This document shows positions 1 to 12,150 of a stretch of 64,000 bases of DNA, one piece after another. How positions within the stretch are numbered: position 1 is the stretch's first letter; every line of letters starts with the position of its first letter. The notes under the pieces are model-generated. The model had not been told where the DNA came from and did not search any database. It saw only the letters and a program-made list of their open reading frames with translations. The DNA comes from Squalus acanthias. Its lineage: Eukaryota. The stretch lies in contig CM059432.1 of NCBI GenBank assembly GCA_030390025.1, positions 102,240,001 through 102,304,000 of the forward strand, in the 5' to 3' direction. Position numbers and translations under genes: made by a program.

Positions 1-452
1 TGTTGGAAAAAGTTTTACTTAACTTAACTTCCTCCTTCAGGTGTCAGCCCTTCAGTTCTCGGGAGTTAGAAATCTCACCGGCACAAAAAGCAGGAAAGCC
101 GTGGTTCTGTCAAAAACTGCAACCTTCTGTTTTCTGTGCTGGAATGATTTCTAACTCAGCCTGAGAGGAAGGACGGAAGTTAGAAATCATATTGTGAGTG
201 TTTGACAGCTTCACAGAGCTGTCAAACGCTGATATTTCATCTGTCAAAAGCTCTTGACAGATGAAATGTCAATCTGTGACGTCACCTGTTGCCGGGTGGC
301 CCTTAATTGACCTGCTGAGCCCACTGGGTGGGCTCAACAAGGTCTATCAAGGGAAAATACAGTGGGTTGGCCACATCTCGATGGAGGCGGGTTCACAAGC
401 CAGAATGTGTGATTCCCAACCCCAACCCGACTCCAGATTCAAAATCCAACCC
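1..452. mobile_element. End of a PIF/Harbinger-type non-autonomous element (MITE), cut by the window edge
   Basis: Ends in TIR-like AAAATCCAACCC at 452. Bases ~200-450 are the reverse complement of 54231-54480. Contains a perfect palindrome at 234-267. Confidence 0.65.
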
Positions 453-1154
453 AAAATGTTAGCATGCAGGTACAGCAAGTAATTAGGAAGGCAAATGGAA
501 TATTGGCCTTTATTGCAAGGGGGATGGAGTATAAAAGTAGAGAAGTCTTGCTACAGCTGTACAGGGCGTTGGTGAGACCACACCTAGAGTACTGCATACA
601 GTTTTGGTCTCCTTATTTAAGGAAGGATATACTTGCATTGGAGGCAGTTCAGAGAAGGTTCACTAGGTTGATTCCTGAGTTGAAGGGGTTGTCTTATGAA
701 GAAAGGTTGAGCAGGTTGGGCCTATACTCTTTGGAGTTTAGAAGAATGAGAGGTGATCTTATTGAAACATATAAGATTCTGAGGGGTCTTGACAGGGTAG
801 ATGCTGAGAGAATGTTTCCCCTCATGGGGGAATCTAGAACTAGGGGGCATAGTTTCAGAATAAGGGGTCGCCCATTTTAAACGGAGATGAGGAGGAATTT
901 CTTCTCTCAGAGGGTCGTGAATCTTTGTAATTCTCTACCCCAGAGAGCTGTAGAGGCTGAGTCAGTGAATATATTCAAGGCAGAGATAGACAGATTTTTG
1001 AAAAACAGGGGAATCAAGGGTTATGGGGAACGGGCAGGAAAGTGGAGTTGAGGCCAAGATCAGATCAGCCATGATCTTATTGAATGGCGGAGCAGGCTCA
1101 AGGGGCCAAATGGCCTACACCTGCTCCTATTTGTTATGTTCTTAGGTTCTTATG
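453..1154 (+). mobile_element. CR1-clade (HER1-like) LINE, 5'-truncated 3' fragment
   Basis: ORF 464-880 encodes the CR1 ORF2 C-terminus (LYRALVRPHLEYCIQFWSPY, RRMRGDLIETYKI). The 3' UTR has GATCAGCCATGATC and ends in a short repeat tail (ttatgttc). Confidence 0.93.
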
Positions 1155-1835
1155 TAAGGGCCGCGCAATTTCCAGGTTTAGGCATGCGCTGCGCATGCGC
1201 GAAAACCCGGAACTTGCGATCTGTCAAGAATTCTCTTGACAAATGATCCGCATCCCTGGGAAAAGAGCATCCGCGGGCAGAGAGTTGGGCTATTTGCGAA
1301 TGCCCGTAAAATTCTTACGCATAAGGCTTGCTTTTACCAGCGTAAGAGTTTTAAAAAACAGAAAAATAAAATATCAATAATTTATACATTTAAAAACTTG
1401 TTAAATGAGATAAGTTTATTTTTAGCCCCTTTAAAACATGTAAATTTATTTTTCTAAAAATTAAATTTTTGTTTTCAATATGTAATTAAATGCAATTTTA
1501 ATTAATTTCAAATGTTATTTTTTTTAATTTATTTGATGTCTAGGTGTATTTTTTGGGGGTATTCCCATTCATACTTATGGGGTTTCCGTACATACAGAAT
1601 CCCCATAAGTATGAATGGGGATTCCCTTCTGTCATTCGTTGGGCTGACCCACATGATCCCAGGGTGCTGGCGAACCGCATGTGCCCCTGGGATACGTGGG
1701 CCTCTTCCCACGGGTACCTGGAGAGCCCCAGGACCGCGAGTCTCCGTGGATCCTGAGGCCCCAGGTACGCAGGCATTTTATTTGCGGATCGGAGGCATTT
1801 CTCCGTGGGAAGCCTCCGACTGCAAATTCAGGGCC
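1155..1835. mobile_element. Harbinger-type MITE (family B-like), one end lost next to the LINE
   Basis: Homologous in inverted orientation to 62716-63436. Right end AAATTCAGGGCC. GC-rich arms surround an AT-rich core. Confidence 0.7.
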
Positions 1836-2319
1836 ATTATTTGGGACCCATGAAACAAAACACACACAGACATTAGAGACCTTGCAAAAGCCAAATGGTA
1901 TAGAACATCTACTTACAATAACATAAAGCAAGAGGTGAGAGGTTAATAACAATTTTTGCTACTCTCACCAAGCTTGAATACACAAATTAATCAGCAACAA
2001 TACATGAAAAGAACAAGCTTCATTCATGCACCAGTGGAAATGTTACACCTGGAATAAGAAGTGGACTAATCACAAGAACTCCAGAAATTCGACACATACA
2101 TCACAATAAATCAACTATTTTAAGATCTCCTCCTTCTTCCCACAAGGCAAATTTCAAAATTGAAAGGATCACTGCTTTTTTGTTGCTGTGGCTCCAGCAG
2201 TGGAGGGTATCTGCCACATTGGAAGAAAACTAGCGTTAAAATGTGAGAATTTGTGTCTGATGTTTAATATTTTTAAAAATGCCATGATACAATTAAGCCA
2301 ATCAATTGGCTTGACCCCT

Positions 2320-2810
2320 TCCGCCACCCCCGCCCCCCGCCCAACCCTTTAACTCCCTCCACCTGGCAGAAACAGAACGGTAGCGGAGTTAAAATGAAGG
2401 TGGTCGTATTACTACCCAGTTCCTGTTCTGCCGTCATTTTAACCCGGGCATTTCACTGGGCGACCCAGGTGGGATCCTCATTAATAGATGCAGATCAGGG
2501 TCCTGCAACGTACATGGTATCCCGATGCAGTTTTGAGGGCCTACTGGGTGGATCGTGCACCACAGGCAGTCAGGAGGCCCCAAAAATATACGCCTAAAAT
2601 TATTTCCTTGGGGCCAGGAGGAGCCGTACTGCTCCTCTAAGGTTCACAAGAATAATCTGGGCCACTGATGCCCTGGGCTCCACACCCCTCTGCGACTGCT
2701 CTCCTTGGATTTACCTTCCTACTGGCAGGGTAGGCTCTGCGTGGCTCGATATGGCAGCAGCCTGAAGCCTGCGAGCTGCAGTAGGATGGCCGATAGAGGC
2801 ATTTGGCTCC
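2320..2810. mobile_element. Degraded MITE fragment
   Basis: Shares a GGGCC(A/C)GGAGGAGC...TGCTCCT-type motif with 60370-60410. Ends not resolved. Confidence 0.35.
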
Positions 2811-3307
2811 TTGTGAAGGACAATCTGTTTTAAACATTCCTAACAACAACAAGAAATTTAATACAAAAGAGAACTTTTAGTGATAGCTAAACCACAATAA
2901 AATGCAAGTTAAGAAACAGGAATATGGAGGAACACTTTTAACAAACATTACTCAGACGAAAGGCAGATTGTTATCAAGGACAAATCTGGGGTTGCTATGG
3001 GACCAGTAGAACCGACCGGCACTGTCTTGAGATAAGACCCTCATTAAACCACAACAAGTGACATGCATGGTGAAGTAACCCCACTCAACTTTGAACCAAC
3101 CATAAACAACAAGGGGAATAGCCATGGTTGAAGGAACCAATCATTGAGGTGTGCATGTGAGAATCACGAGAGAAGTCTGAACATAAAGAATATAAGCATT
3201 TCCATCCCGGCAGCCACCCAACTTCTCAATCTGGCCGGCTGTCGGGTGGGAAATGGAGTAAAAAAAATGCTAATCAGATTCTGCCATTAAATTCGGCAGA
3301 ACCTCCA

Positions 3308-5432
3308 GGCTGAATTTTGCCAGCGCTCAGAGGGCGGGTTCAGAGGCGGGTCCACTGTCAAAATAGAAAAGATTGACAGCGGGTAGGGAACCCACTGTCA
3401 ACCCACCTCTACGCGAGTCTCCCGGGTGTCGGGTCTGTCAGCGCTGAGCAGACCCGACACCAAGTGGCGGGGGAGGCAATTGACATCATTAAATGGGTTG
3501 TTACATCCAATTAAGTGTTATTTTATGCCTGCATTTCAATTTTACGTGCTTCCCCACAGGTTACCCGCTGCTCGGGGAACACGTCAGCTCAGCATGTCAT
3601 GAGTGGATTCAGCATTGAATTATCTCATGACCTGACAGCTGCCAAAGTTGTATAAAAGATCCCATGTTACAGCTGTTCACTTTCAAAGCTCAGAAACTGT
3701 TGGTTACTGCATTTGGAAGATATATTGAGCTTTCTGCAGCGTGCTAGTGTTTAGAGCAAACGCTCTATCCAGTGCCACCTCATTGGACCAACCTCTCTCA
3801 CCATCGCTTCTGTCATCTCAACCTCACCTGTCATCTATTCCATCAGCATCGTTGCCCTTGGTCCTCAGAATCCCACCAAGATCCGCCCCAACACCAGCAT
3901 CACCAGGCACACAAGCAGCAACAACAACACCAGCCTTCTCCGCAATCTACTGATGCTGCACAGGACAGAGGGCATCAGCACCTGACCACATTGCTGCCCG
4001 GGATGCCAGGGATGGCCTCACCATCGCCAGATTTACTTCACTTGATGTTGTACACCCTGGATGCCACATGATGCACCAGGTTGGCACCACGCCATATCAA
4101 CACCATAAAGCATCCCTACAATGCCAAGCCATTCCTTTCACACTCATCACCATTGCGGGGTGGCAGGAGGGGGCGGTACCCTTTATCTCACCATTTGCTA
4201 CAACTCACTAAGCCACTTCCAAAGGTGCACGCAAATCTGTCCAAGAACGCAAAGTGCTGAAAATAAAGGTTTCAATATTTGACAGCACATTACCAGAAAC
4301 TTCACATGAACATTGGCTAAACCACCCAAGTGCCTACCCTTGTGTGTTGTTAGTTAGTATGATTGCACTAGGATGAGGGTGAGTGTGAGGGGTGGCTCGT
4401 GAAATGGGGAAGTGATAATGTAGATAGAGAGGGATGGATGGAGGTGCAAGGTAAGTTGGTGTGAGTAAGGATGTGCAGGAGTAGGGTAGGGAAGGCAGAG
4501 TGATGCGGAAATGATGACTGGCACAGCAGGATGATCATTGAAAGGCTTGCGCCACTGCAGCCAGGTCCTCCTGACGACATTCCGGCTTGTGCCCTCCTGT
4601 GCAATGTGCAACCAGGCTGCGTTGATCTCCTGGGGAGGTCTCTTCCACCCATGGGAAGGGAAGAAAACCCTGCGGCTGAGACTCCCTCCATAAGAATAAT
4701 TAGAAGAATGAGAGGGGATCTCACTGAAACTTATAAAATTCTAACAGGACTAGACAGACTGGATGCAGGAAGGATGTTCCCGATGGCGGGGGAGTCCAGA
4801 ACCAGGGGTCACAGTCTAAGGATAAGGGGTAAGCCATTTAGGACTGAGATGAGGAGGAATTTCTTCACCCAGAGAGTGGTGAACCTGTGGAATTCTCTAC
4901 CACAGAAGGCAGTAGAGGCCAATTCATTAAATATATTCAAGAAGGAGTTAGATATATTTCTTAAAGCTAAAGGGATCAAGGGATATGGGGAGAAGGCAGG
5001 GACAGGGTACTGAATTTGGATGATCAGCCATGATCTCATTGAATGGCGGAGCAGGCTCAAGGGGCTGAATGGCCTGCTCCTGCTCCTATCTTCTATGTTT
5101 CTATGTTTCTATGAGAGCCTGGGTGCAGCCGTGTATCTTTGTGCAGGGCTTGTCAGTGTTTGCAGCACCTCAATGCTGTAGAACACTGACAACAGAACTG
5201 TCAGAATCAATTTGGACATGGTCCCTTTAAGGAAAGTGGCTGATGACGCGCCATCAAATTACGTCATCAGACCCACTTCCTTTTAATTGGCTGGGAACCT
5301 CACTGGGTGGGCTTAACAAGCCCTATTAACGTAAAATCACTTGGAGAGTGCGGGCTGCAGTAGGCAGCGGGCTAGGACCGCGGCACCGACCCCGGCCGCC
5401 TTGGACCCGCCTTGGTCGGCGAAATCACGGCC
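3308..5432 (-). mobile_element. Non-autonomous Harbinger derivative (internally deleted), interrupted by a CR1 fragment
   Basis: TIR-like ends GGCTGAATTTT and AAATCACGGCC. Retains the Gln-rich transposase N-terminus fused to its C-terminus (3850-4040) and a Myb exon 1 remnant (RNVVRRTWLQWRKPFND, 4354-4690). Colinear with 43547-45493. Confidence 0.85.
4695..5113 (+). mobile_element. CR1 (HER1-like) LINE 3' end inserted in the Harbinger derivative
   Basis: RRMRGDLTETYKIL...RNFFTQRVVNLWNSLP, then the CR1 3' UTR and a (CTATGTTT)n tail. Confidence 0.92.
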
Positions 5433-5864
5433 TTTGTGTTCCCAGCATTTTCAAGGTTTCCTGGCCAAAGACACGCACCCCTGCTCCCTCGCCACCTCCC
5501 CGTAAACATCGGGGCCAGGAATGCTACCACTGTATCACAAATAGAAAATATTCAAACACATGACTCAGGACTTACCATTTAATTCATAAACAACATAAAG
5601 AAAATAAAACACATGAAACAAATGTGATTGCACAATAAACCTGTTGTCTATAATTATAAGTTAGTGGAACTATAAAATGTTTTACATGAAACGCGATCAG
5701 ATTTACTGGACAGTAAATCTTACTAAACATGATTTTCGAATTAGGCGGCATCATGGGAAGGTTCTCGTGTTAAACTGTCGTCATAAGTCATAACCACTAA
5801 GTAAAAATTTGCAAATAAATAAGGTATTAACATTTGAGTGGAATTAGAAGACAAATCCACCATA

Positions 5865-6190
5865 GATCACCTAATCCATAGAATGAGAGTTGAAATCCCA
5901 CCATGGCAGTTTGAGAATTTGAATAAAATCTGGTATAAGTAAAAGTCACCATGAAGCTGTTGGATTGTCGTAAAAACCAAACTGGGTTACTAATGTCCTT
6001 TTTGGAAGAAAACCAGCCGGCCTTACCCAGACTGACCTCCATGTGACTCCAGTCTCACACCAGCATGGTTCATTCTTAACTACCCTCTGAAGTGGCCTAG
6101 CAAGCCACTCAAGTTGTCAGGGTAACTAGGGATGGGCAATAAATGCCGGCCTTGCCAATTACACCCACATCCCGAGAATGAATATAAAAA
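5865..6190 (+). mobile_element. tRNA-derived SINE (5'-degraded) with a tail shared with the CR1-like LINE at 15112-16330
   Basis: Body matches the reverse complement of 14830-15110. Tail GGGATGGGCAATAAATGCCGGCCTTGCC...CACATCCC matches the LINE 3' end at 16270-16320. Confidence 0.75.
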
Positions 6191-6213
6191 GCAAATTATG
6201 TGAATAAGATATG

Positions 6214-6334
6214 GGGCTGGATTTCCCTTCTCCTGCCAAAGGAGGATTGGGGCAGGACTTCTGCTTGCCGTCCCAACCCTGCTAAGATGGCAGCCCCCTG
6301 ATTTAAGGCAATATAGCAGAGGAAAATCCAGTCC
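6214..6334. mobile_element. ~120-bp mini-MITE
   Basis: Terminal inverted repeats GGGCTGGATTT.C and GGAAAATCCAGTCC resemble the other Harbinger-type ends. Confidence 0.5.
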
Positions 6335-6681
6335 ATAGTTAGTCATTTTTGTCTGATAATACTGTGTTTGGCAACATATTTTTATTATGTTAGCAAAGCG
6401 CATCATTGTGCAAAACATTACTACTATACATTTGCAATATTTTTCAAACCTAATAATATCACTCAAGGTTACTACATAGATTTCATATACGGCTCCAATC
6501 CCAGGGCCATATGGTCTAATTTTCGGGCCATAGTATTGTACTCATACCTCCCAGAATAGATTATTTACTGCCAGTCTTCTACAGTTTAACTAAAACATGG
6601 GACCTTCAAAATTATACTTTGCAACGATCCCAAAGTTCGGTATATTAGGCTTAAAAGTCTCCAATCGATCATGAAATGATG

Positions 6682-7234
6682 GACTTGCATATGAGCAGAT
6701 ATGATTGAATATTCTGATCAACTAAATGGAAACCTTTTATTTCATTTTTTTAATCATGCTTTTTATTGGATTAAAAACAATAAGCCTTTGTGTATATATC
6801 AGAGTTCTGTAAGGGGGAGACACAATGAAGTTCCCAGGTTTTAATAAATAACTCTGCCTTGTTCGGAATCCATTTCCGTTTTCCTGAACATAACTTTGCC
6901 CTGGTAGCATTTCCCACCAACAGTTAAACAAATTATGATGAGACATGCCGTGAAGACACTTTATGCAGATTTTTAAATATATATTAATGAGAAAACCTTA
7001 ATAACCATTTTGATGGGTTTAAAATCCAATTTTGGGGAATATCTTAGCGTGCTATAGTGAAATATTATCACTTGCTGTTGGTTACACTGACACATTCATC
7101 CATCTCCTGGACTCGTGTACACAAAGGCTTATTGTTTTTATTCTTCTGAACAAAAAGTTTGGTTATTAAAAAAGATAATTCGGTTACTAGTCAGTTGATC
7201 AGAATATATAGTCAAATGTGCTTATGTACAAGTC
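6682..7234. repeat. Old AT-rich inverted repeat (arms ~6682-6797 and ~7116-7234)
   Basis: Paired blocks include ATATTCTGATCAACT / AGTTGATCAGAATAT and TAAAAACAATAAGCCTTTGTGTA / TACACAAAGGCTTATTGTTTTTA. Confidence 0.75.
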
Positions 7235-7774
7235 TGGGATCCAACCAACTACAATTAAGGCTGCAACACAGCTGAAGGATTTAAATAATTTCACAAATCC
7301 AGGAGGGTGAAGTTTGAAAACCTCGGGAATCAGATGATCTTTGTTGCAAGCTTCCAGTATGTATTACATTCCATACAACTAGAATCATCTGATAATTTAT
7401 AGAGTTGTGCTCAATTTGTAAGTATGGTTGTGTATTATCAATTGGCTGCCAAGCCATCGTTATTATGCATGGAAGAAACTGGTCCACAAATTGTAAGTTC
7501 ATCCAAATGTATTGAACCCTTTTGAAAGATTGTAAGGAATTTATCGAATGAGGTGTATTTTAATAAGTACTCAGTAGTATAGAGTCATAGGGGGAGAAAT
7601 TTGTGTTCGCCAGCAACGTTGCCGATGTCACCGGCAACTGGAGTTAATGGCCGTCGAAACTGGCCGCAACGCTAAGGAGAATAAATTCACCTGGGGGGCT
7701 GGAGATTGTTGGCACAGTGTTTACCTTCTGTGCAACACTGTCCTGGTGGTGTTGCTGGAGGCATCCGAGACAAA

Positions 7775-8638
7775 GGCCGGAATTTTGCCAGCTCTCAGGG
7801 GGCGGGTTTGGAGGCGGGACCGCTGGCAAAATCGCAAAGATTGACTGCGGGCAGGAAACCCGCTGTCAACCCGCCTCCAATCAATCTTCCCAAGTGTCGG
7901 GTCCCCGATTTGCGCATGGACCCGACACCTAGCGGTGGGAAGAGGATTATAGCCACTTAACTGCCTCTTAACAGGCAGTTAACAGGCTCTTTTTAATTTT
8001 GACACTTCTACTTCGGGCTTCCCGACGTCCGGACACCACGCCAGGTAAGTGTGGCGTGTTGTGAGTCTGCTGAATTGTGTCTGCATTGATGACAGCTGCA
8101 GAAGTGGTGTGAAGGATCCAATGGTGCACTGGTGAGTTTCAGAGGTAAGAAAATGTTGGGAAATTCATTTTAAATGCATTTAGACTTTTCTGTAGGTAAC
8201 AAGTTTTGAATTGTATGTGTAGTCCCACCTCATTGGGAGAACCTCTCCTCACCAGTGACAGAACGCTTCTGTAACCTCACCTGCAGCTGCCATCTGTTCT
8301 AGCCTAAGGAGGGAGTCACTGGAGAGCCTGGGTGCAAGACTCACCTTTGTACAGTGATTGTCTGTGTTTGCAGCACCTCAATGTTGTCAAACACTGAGAA
8401 ATGAGCTGTCAAAACAAATTGTGCGTGGTCCCTTTCAGAAAACCGGCAGATGACGCGTCATCAAATGATGTCATCTGACCAGCTTCCTCTTAATTGGCCG
8501 GCAAGCCCACAGGGTGGGCTTAACAAGGCCAATTGATGTAAAATCACATCTGTGGGCCGGATGTAGTTGGGGGCAGGACTGGAACCCGGAAACCAGCTGA
8601 CCCGCTCCCAAGCCGCATCGATCGAGAAAATCGCGGCC
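7775..8638 (-). mobile_element. Short non-autonomous Harbinger derivative
   Basis: Ends GGCCGGAATTTT and AAAATCGCGGCC, flanked by AAA/GAA. Both subterminal regions are homologous to 3308-5432. Confidence 0.8.
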
Positions 8639-8791
8639 GAAGTTCCTGTCCAGTTGTGGCATTGCAACTTCCCACAGCCTCTGGGAGCAATTAATTGTGG
8701 GTAATGAAGAGGTTTGGGAATTAAAGGGGCCACGTACACTGAAGCAATACAAATTAAAATGAAGTGAAACAATACAGTTTTCAGCCCTTTC

Positions 8792-9197
8792 TGCCTTTTA
8801 AAAAATATTTAACATTAAAAAGAACTCCCTAATGTGAATATTCAGCTCTTCAAGCTGAGTTACCTTCCTAACCTCAACAAACGTGTAAACTGCCTCAGCA
8901 CTAACACAAATGGCTCAGCAAGCCAGGGAAGGGGCACCCAGGATCTCTCACGCAGCACTGCAGCTTTGTGCAGGGGGTCAACACTTCAAGACAGACCCTC
9001 TACCCACAGGGGCCAGGAGGCCCTCCAGAAAGAAGGATGTGGGAGTACATCACCGAGGCTGTCACTGCCAGCAGTGTCGCCCCGCCATCTGGCTCCAGTG
9101 ACCAAAGAAGCTTCATGACCTCAGACCACTGGCCAATTAAGAGCTGAATATTCACATTTGGGACTTCTTTTTAATGTTAAATATTTTTTATAAGGCA
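8792..9197. repeat. Fold-back element: ~59-bp inverted arms around a decayed Harbinger Myb ORF start
   Basis: Arms 8792-8850 and 9139-9197 are near-perfect reverse complements. The interior reads MAQQAREGAPRISHAAL, resembling the Myb ORF start at 16721 (MTAQRQRAVPRLSDDSL). Confidence 0.7.
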
Positions 9198-9449
9198 ATT
9201 TGAAGTCAATAGAAAAGAATAATCGAGCTGGGTGTAAAACAGATTGCTCATTCGCTTTCACTCATTTAGTGCTGAAAACCAATTTCACCTCAGCGACCAA
9301 ATTGAGTCTACAGATCCTGGTCTAATTATTCCCTCTATCTAACCTCACTTCACCTAAAGACTACACTTGATCTTGTCTCCCTCTGTGCAATGCTACTGGA
9401 GATTGACTATCTATTCAGCACTTTCCGTGTAATCAGCCGTCTCCTAAAG

Positions 9450-9548
9450 TACCTGATGAAAGTTTATCGACCTGTTAATTCTACCTTCATCTTCATCTCT
9501 CCACAGATGCTGCCTGGCCTGCTGAGTGTTCCCATCATTTTCTGTTAT
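9450..9548 (+). mobile_element. Degenerate Penelope-like pLTR fragment (hammerhead-type repeat)
   Basis: CTGATGAA...GACCTG...CTCTCCACAGATGCTGCCTGGCCTGCTGAGTGTT...CATTTTCTGT, homologous to 25737-25828. The GAAA of the core is lost. Confidence 0.6.
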
Positions 9549-11118
9549 TACTCCTCACATTTTTAAAATACAATGTTGAATATATTTGTGTTCAAGGAAC
9601 TGCATCGAAGACCAGCATGGAAAAAACAGCAAGAAACCCTTCACACCAGGCTGAAGTATTAAATATCTACAAAGACAATTTAAATACAGCATAAAATAAA
9701 TACAACTCATACACATTCTGCTAAGAAATTAGTAATTGTACCTAAATCAGAAAGTTCCTAAGAACCTTTTTGCAGAGAGGTTCTTGTCACTAAAGAATGC
9801 GTCTCACTAGCAAGAACCCATTTAAAACCCTTTTCAAAAAGGATTATGATTAATATCCTTTGTTCTGTTTTGCTCAACTCGGTCGATTTTTAATCAAAGC
9901 AATGACCCTCTGACCTGAACTCGCTCATTTTTCAAGTTTTCAACTCAGATGCCTGTGATGCTGGAGCAAATACTAATTACAGCCTGGAGTAGCTTTGTTA
10001 CTGCAATATTAACCCCTTTGCTACTGAAATAAACATTTCAAAGTATTTTAGGAGTGCATAAAGTGTTAATATCATCATGATATGTGCCACAGTGTGGAGG
10101 CAGATACAAGTTTAAGTCCTGTTCCATTTAGTCTATAACCTGGACTGGACCAGTGATAAACTACCAATCAGAAGCTGTGGCATCTCCCAGTTGAGTGGAG
10201 GTGGGGGGAAGAAGACGATAAGAAAGGGAAAGCAAGGGAAATCAAAGAGAAAAGGTATTGCTCTGGGCAGACCCTATTGCAGGGGAGCAGACAGTGCAGC
10301 TTATTTCTTGGAGCTACAGGAATGAGGCTAAATATAATTTTACCCAGAACATCCCGTCTAAAATAAGCTATTAAAAATAAATGCATTAAATCTGCTCTCC
10401 CCCTCTTCCTTCCCCCATTAGCTCTCCTCTCTTGCTCAGTTATTTTATAATTTCTTTTTACCTTTAATATTACTATTTTTTCTACCGTATCTATTTTCAT
10501 AATACATCTGTTCAAAACAAAAACTTTAAAATACTATCATCTTTCTACTTCCTGTAGCATCTCATGTTGGAAATGACAAGTTTTAAAAATTCGATCTTGT
10601 TTGGAGCTGACTGATTGGCTTTCAGCCAAAAAATAAAGGGTTGTCACTGAACAAATAATCTCATTGGGTGCCAGCATCTCAGGAGCATACCCAAAGGATA
10701 AAGTTGTCCACAACTTAATAAGTGTTACATTTCTTTTGTTTGAACAATAAACAGCAGTAACATCAGAGCACTGGTGTGGAGGGTTACCAAGTTGGAGGTA
10801 ATTAACACAATTGATAATTAATCATTTTTAGGTTTAGTGCGATACCTATATGTATGTCAACCCAGCTCTCCCACAATCAGGTTTAGTAACTCTTTCAAAA
10901 CCAGTACCAATTATCAGGTCATCATGACTCTGCTTAAACAAAATCAAAACTGCAAAAAAAAGGAAGAAATGGATATTGTCAATCATAATGTACTGATTTT
11001 TAAAAATTAACTCACTTTTTAAATCATAATGCAGAAAGAACTTGCATTTATACAGCACTTTTGGAATTGGAATTGAAGGCAAATTATTGATTGGTTAGGA
11101 GATTGGTTAGAAGACAGA

Positions 11119-11600
11119 GGGGGAAAAATTGGGTTGCTTTGCGCCTCCTGTTAGCACCCCCGGGGGCTAACGGGGCGCAAAGCCCGTAGCGTCTGGGCGC
11201 AGTGCCGCTAACGCCTCCCGCGAAATTCAATGGGAGGTTAGCGGTGGCGCTGCGCCTCTGGCGATGACGTCATTGCCGTGTGCAGCGCCCCAGCCGCAAA
11301 CTATATGTCCGACAGGGTCAGGGTGGCGTTTTTGCGGCCGCAACGGCGCAAATTAAAGGGCAGGTGCCGGGCGGCCATTTTTCTGTACCTGCCCCCTCCC
11401 ACTTCTTCATGCGGGGTCCCGGCACTCCGCTCCCCGGTGGTCCAGCAGGGCCCCGGTGCACGCTGCGCTAGGCCCCTCCACTTTAATCAGGGGAGGGAGG
11501 CTTGTAATACCGTGGCGCTACGTGCCGACGCGCGTGGCGTGTTGCGCATGGTGTCACGATATTGAATGGTAGCGCCCCAGGAAGAAGGGGGAGCGCTTCC
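11119..11600. mobile_element. Harbinger-type MITE family A fragment, truncated at a CR1 insertion
   Basis: Starts GGGGGAAAAATT. Reverse-complement homologous to the end of 27748-28503. Rich in AGCGCC/GGCGCT motifs. Confidence 0.75.
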
Positions 11601-11611
11601 AGTAGCCAGAG

Positions 11612-12150
11612 AGGATTGTGTACAGTTCTGGTCACCACATTACACGGAAAGATGTGATTGCACTAGAGAGAGTACAGAGGAGATTTACAAGGGTGTTGCC
11701 AGGACTGAATAATTTTAGCTGTGAGGAGAGGTTGGATAGGCTGGGGTTATTTTCTTTGGAACAGAGGAGGCTGAGGGGAGACTTAATTGAGGTGCATAAA
11801 ATTATGAGGGGCCTAGAAAGAGTGGATAAGAAGGGCCTATTTCCCTTAGCAGAGAGGTCAATAACCAGGGGGCATAGATTTAAAGTAATTGGTAGAAGGA
11901 TTAGGGGGAAGTTGAGGAGAACTTTTTTCACCCAGAGGGGGTCTGGAGCTCACTGCCTGAAAGGGTGGTAGAGGCAGAAACCCTCATCACATTTATAAAG
12001 TACTTGGATATGCACTTGAAGTGCCGTAACCTACATGACTACAGACCAAGAGCTGGAAAATGGGATTAGGCTGGATAGCTCTTTTTCAGCCGGCACACAC
12101 TCGATGGATCGAATGGCCTCCTTCTGTGCCATAAACTTCTACGATTCTAA
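11612..12150 (+). mobile_element. CR1 LINE 3' fragment (second subfamily)
   Basis: RKDVIALERVQRRFTRVLPGL...RRLRGDLIEVHKI. The 3' UTR is like that of 53220-54230. Confidence 0.9.

Noticed and set aside
2880..3200. Possible LTR fragment
   Set aside because: Composition is suggestive, but no TG...CA ends, TSD or second copy were found.
4531..5013. 160-aa ORF as a novel fusion gene
   Set aside because: It is a chance read-through from antisense Myb sequence into a CR1 fragment.
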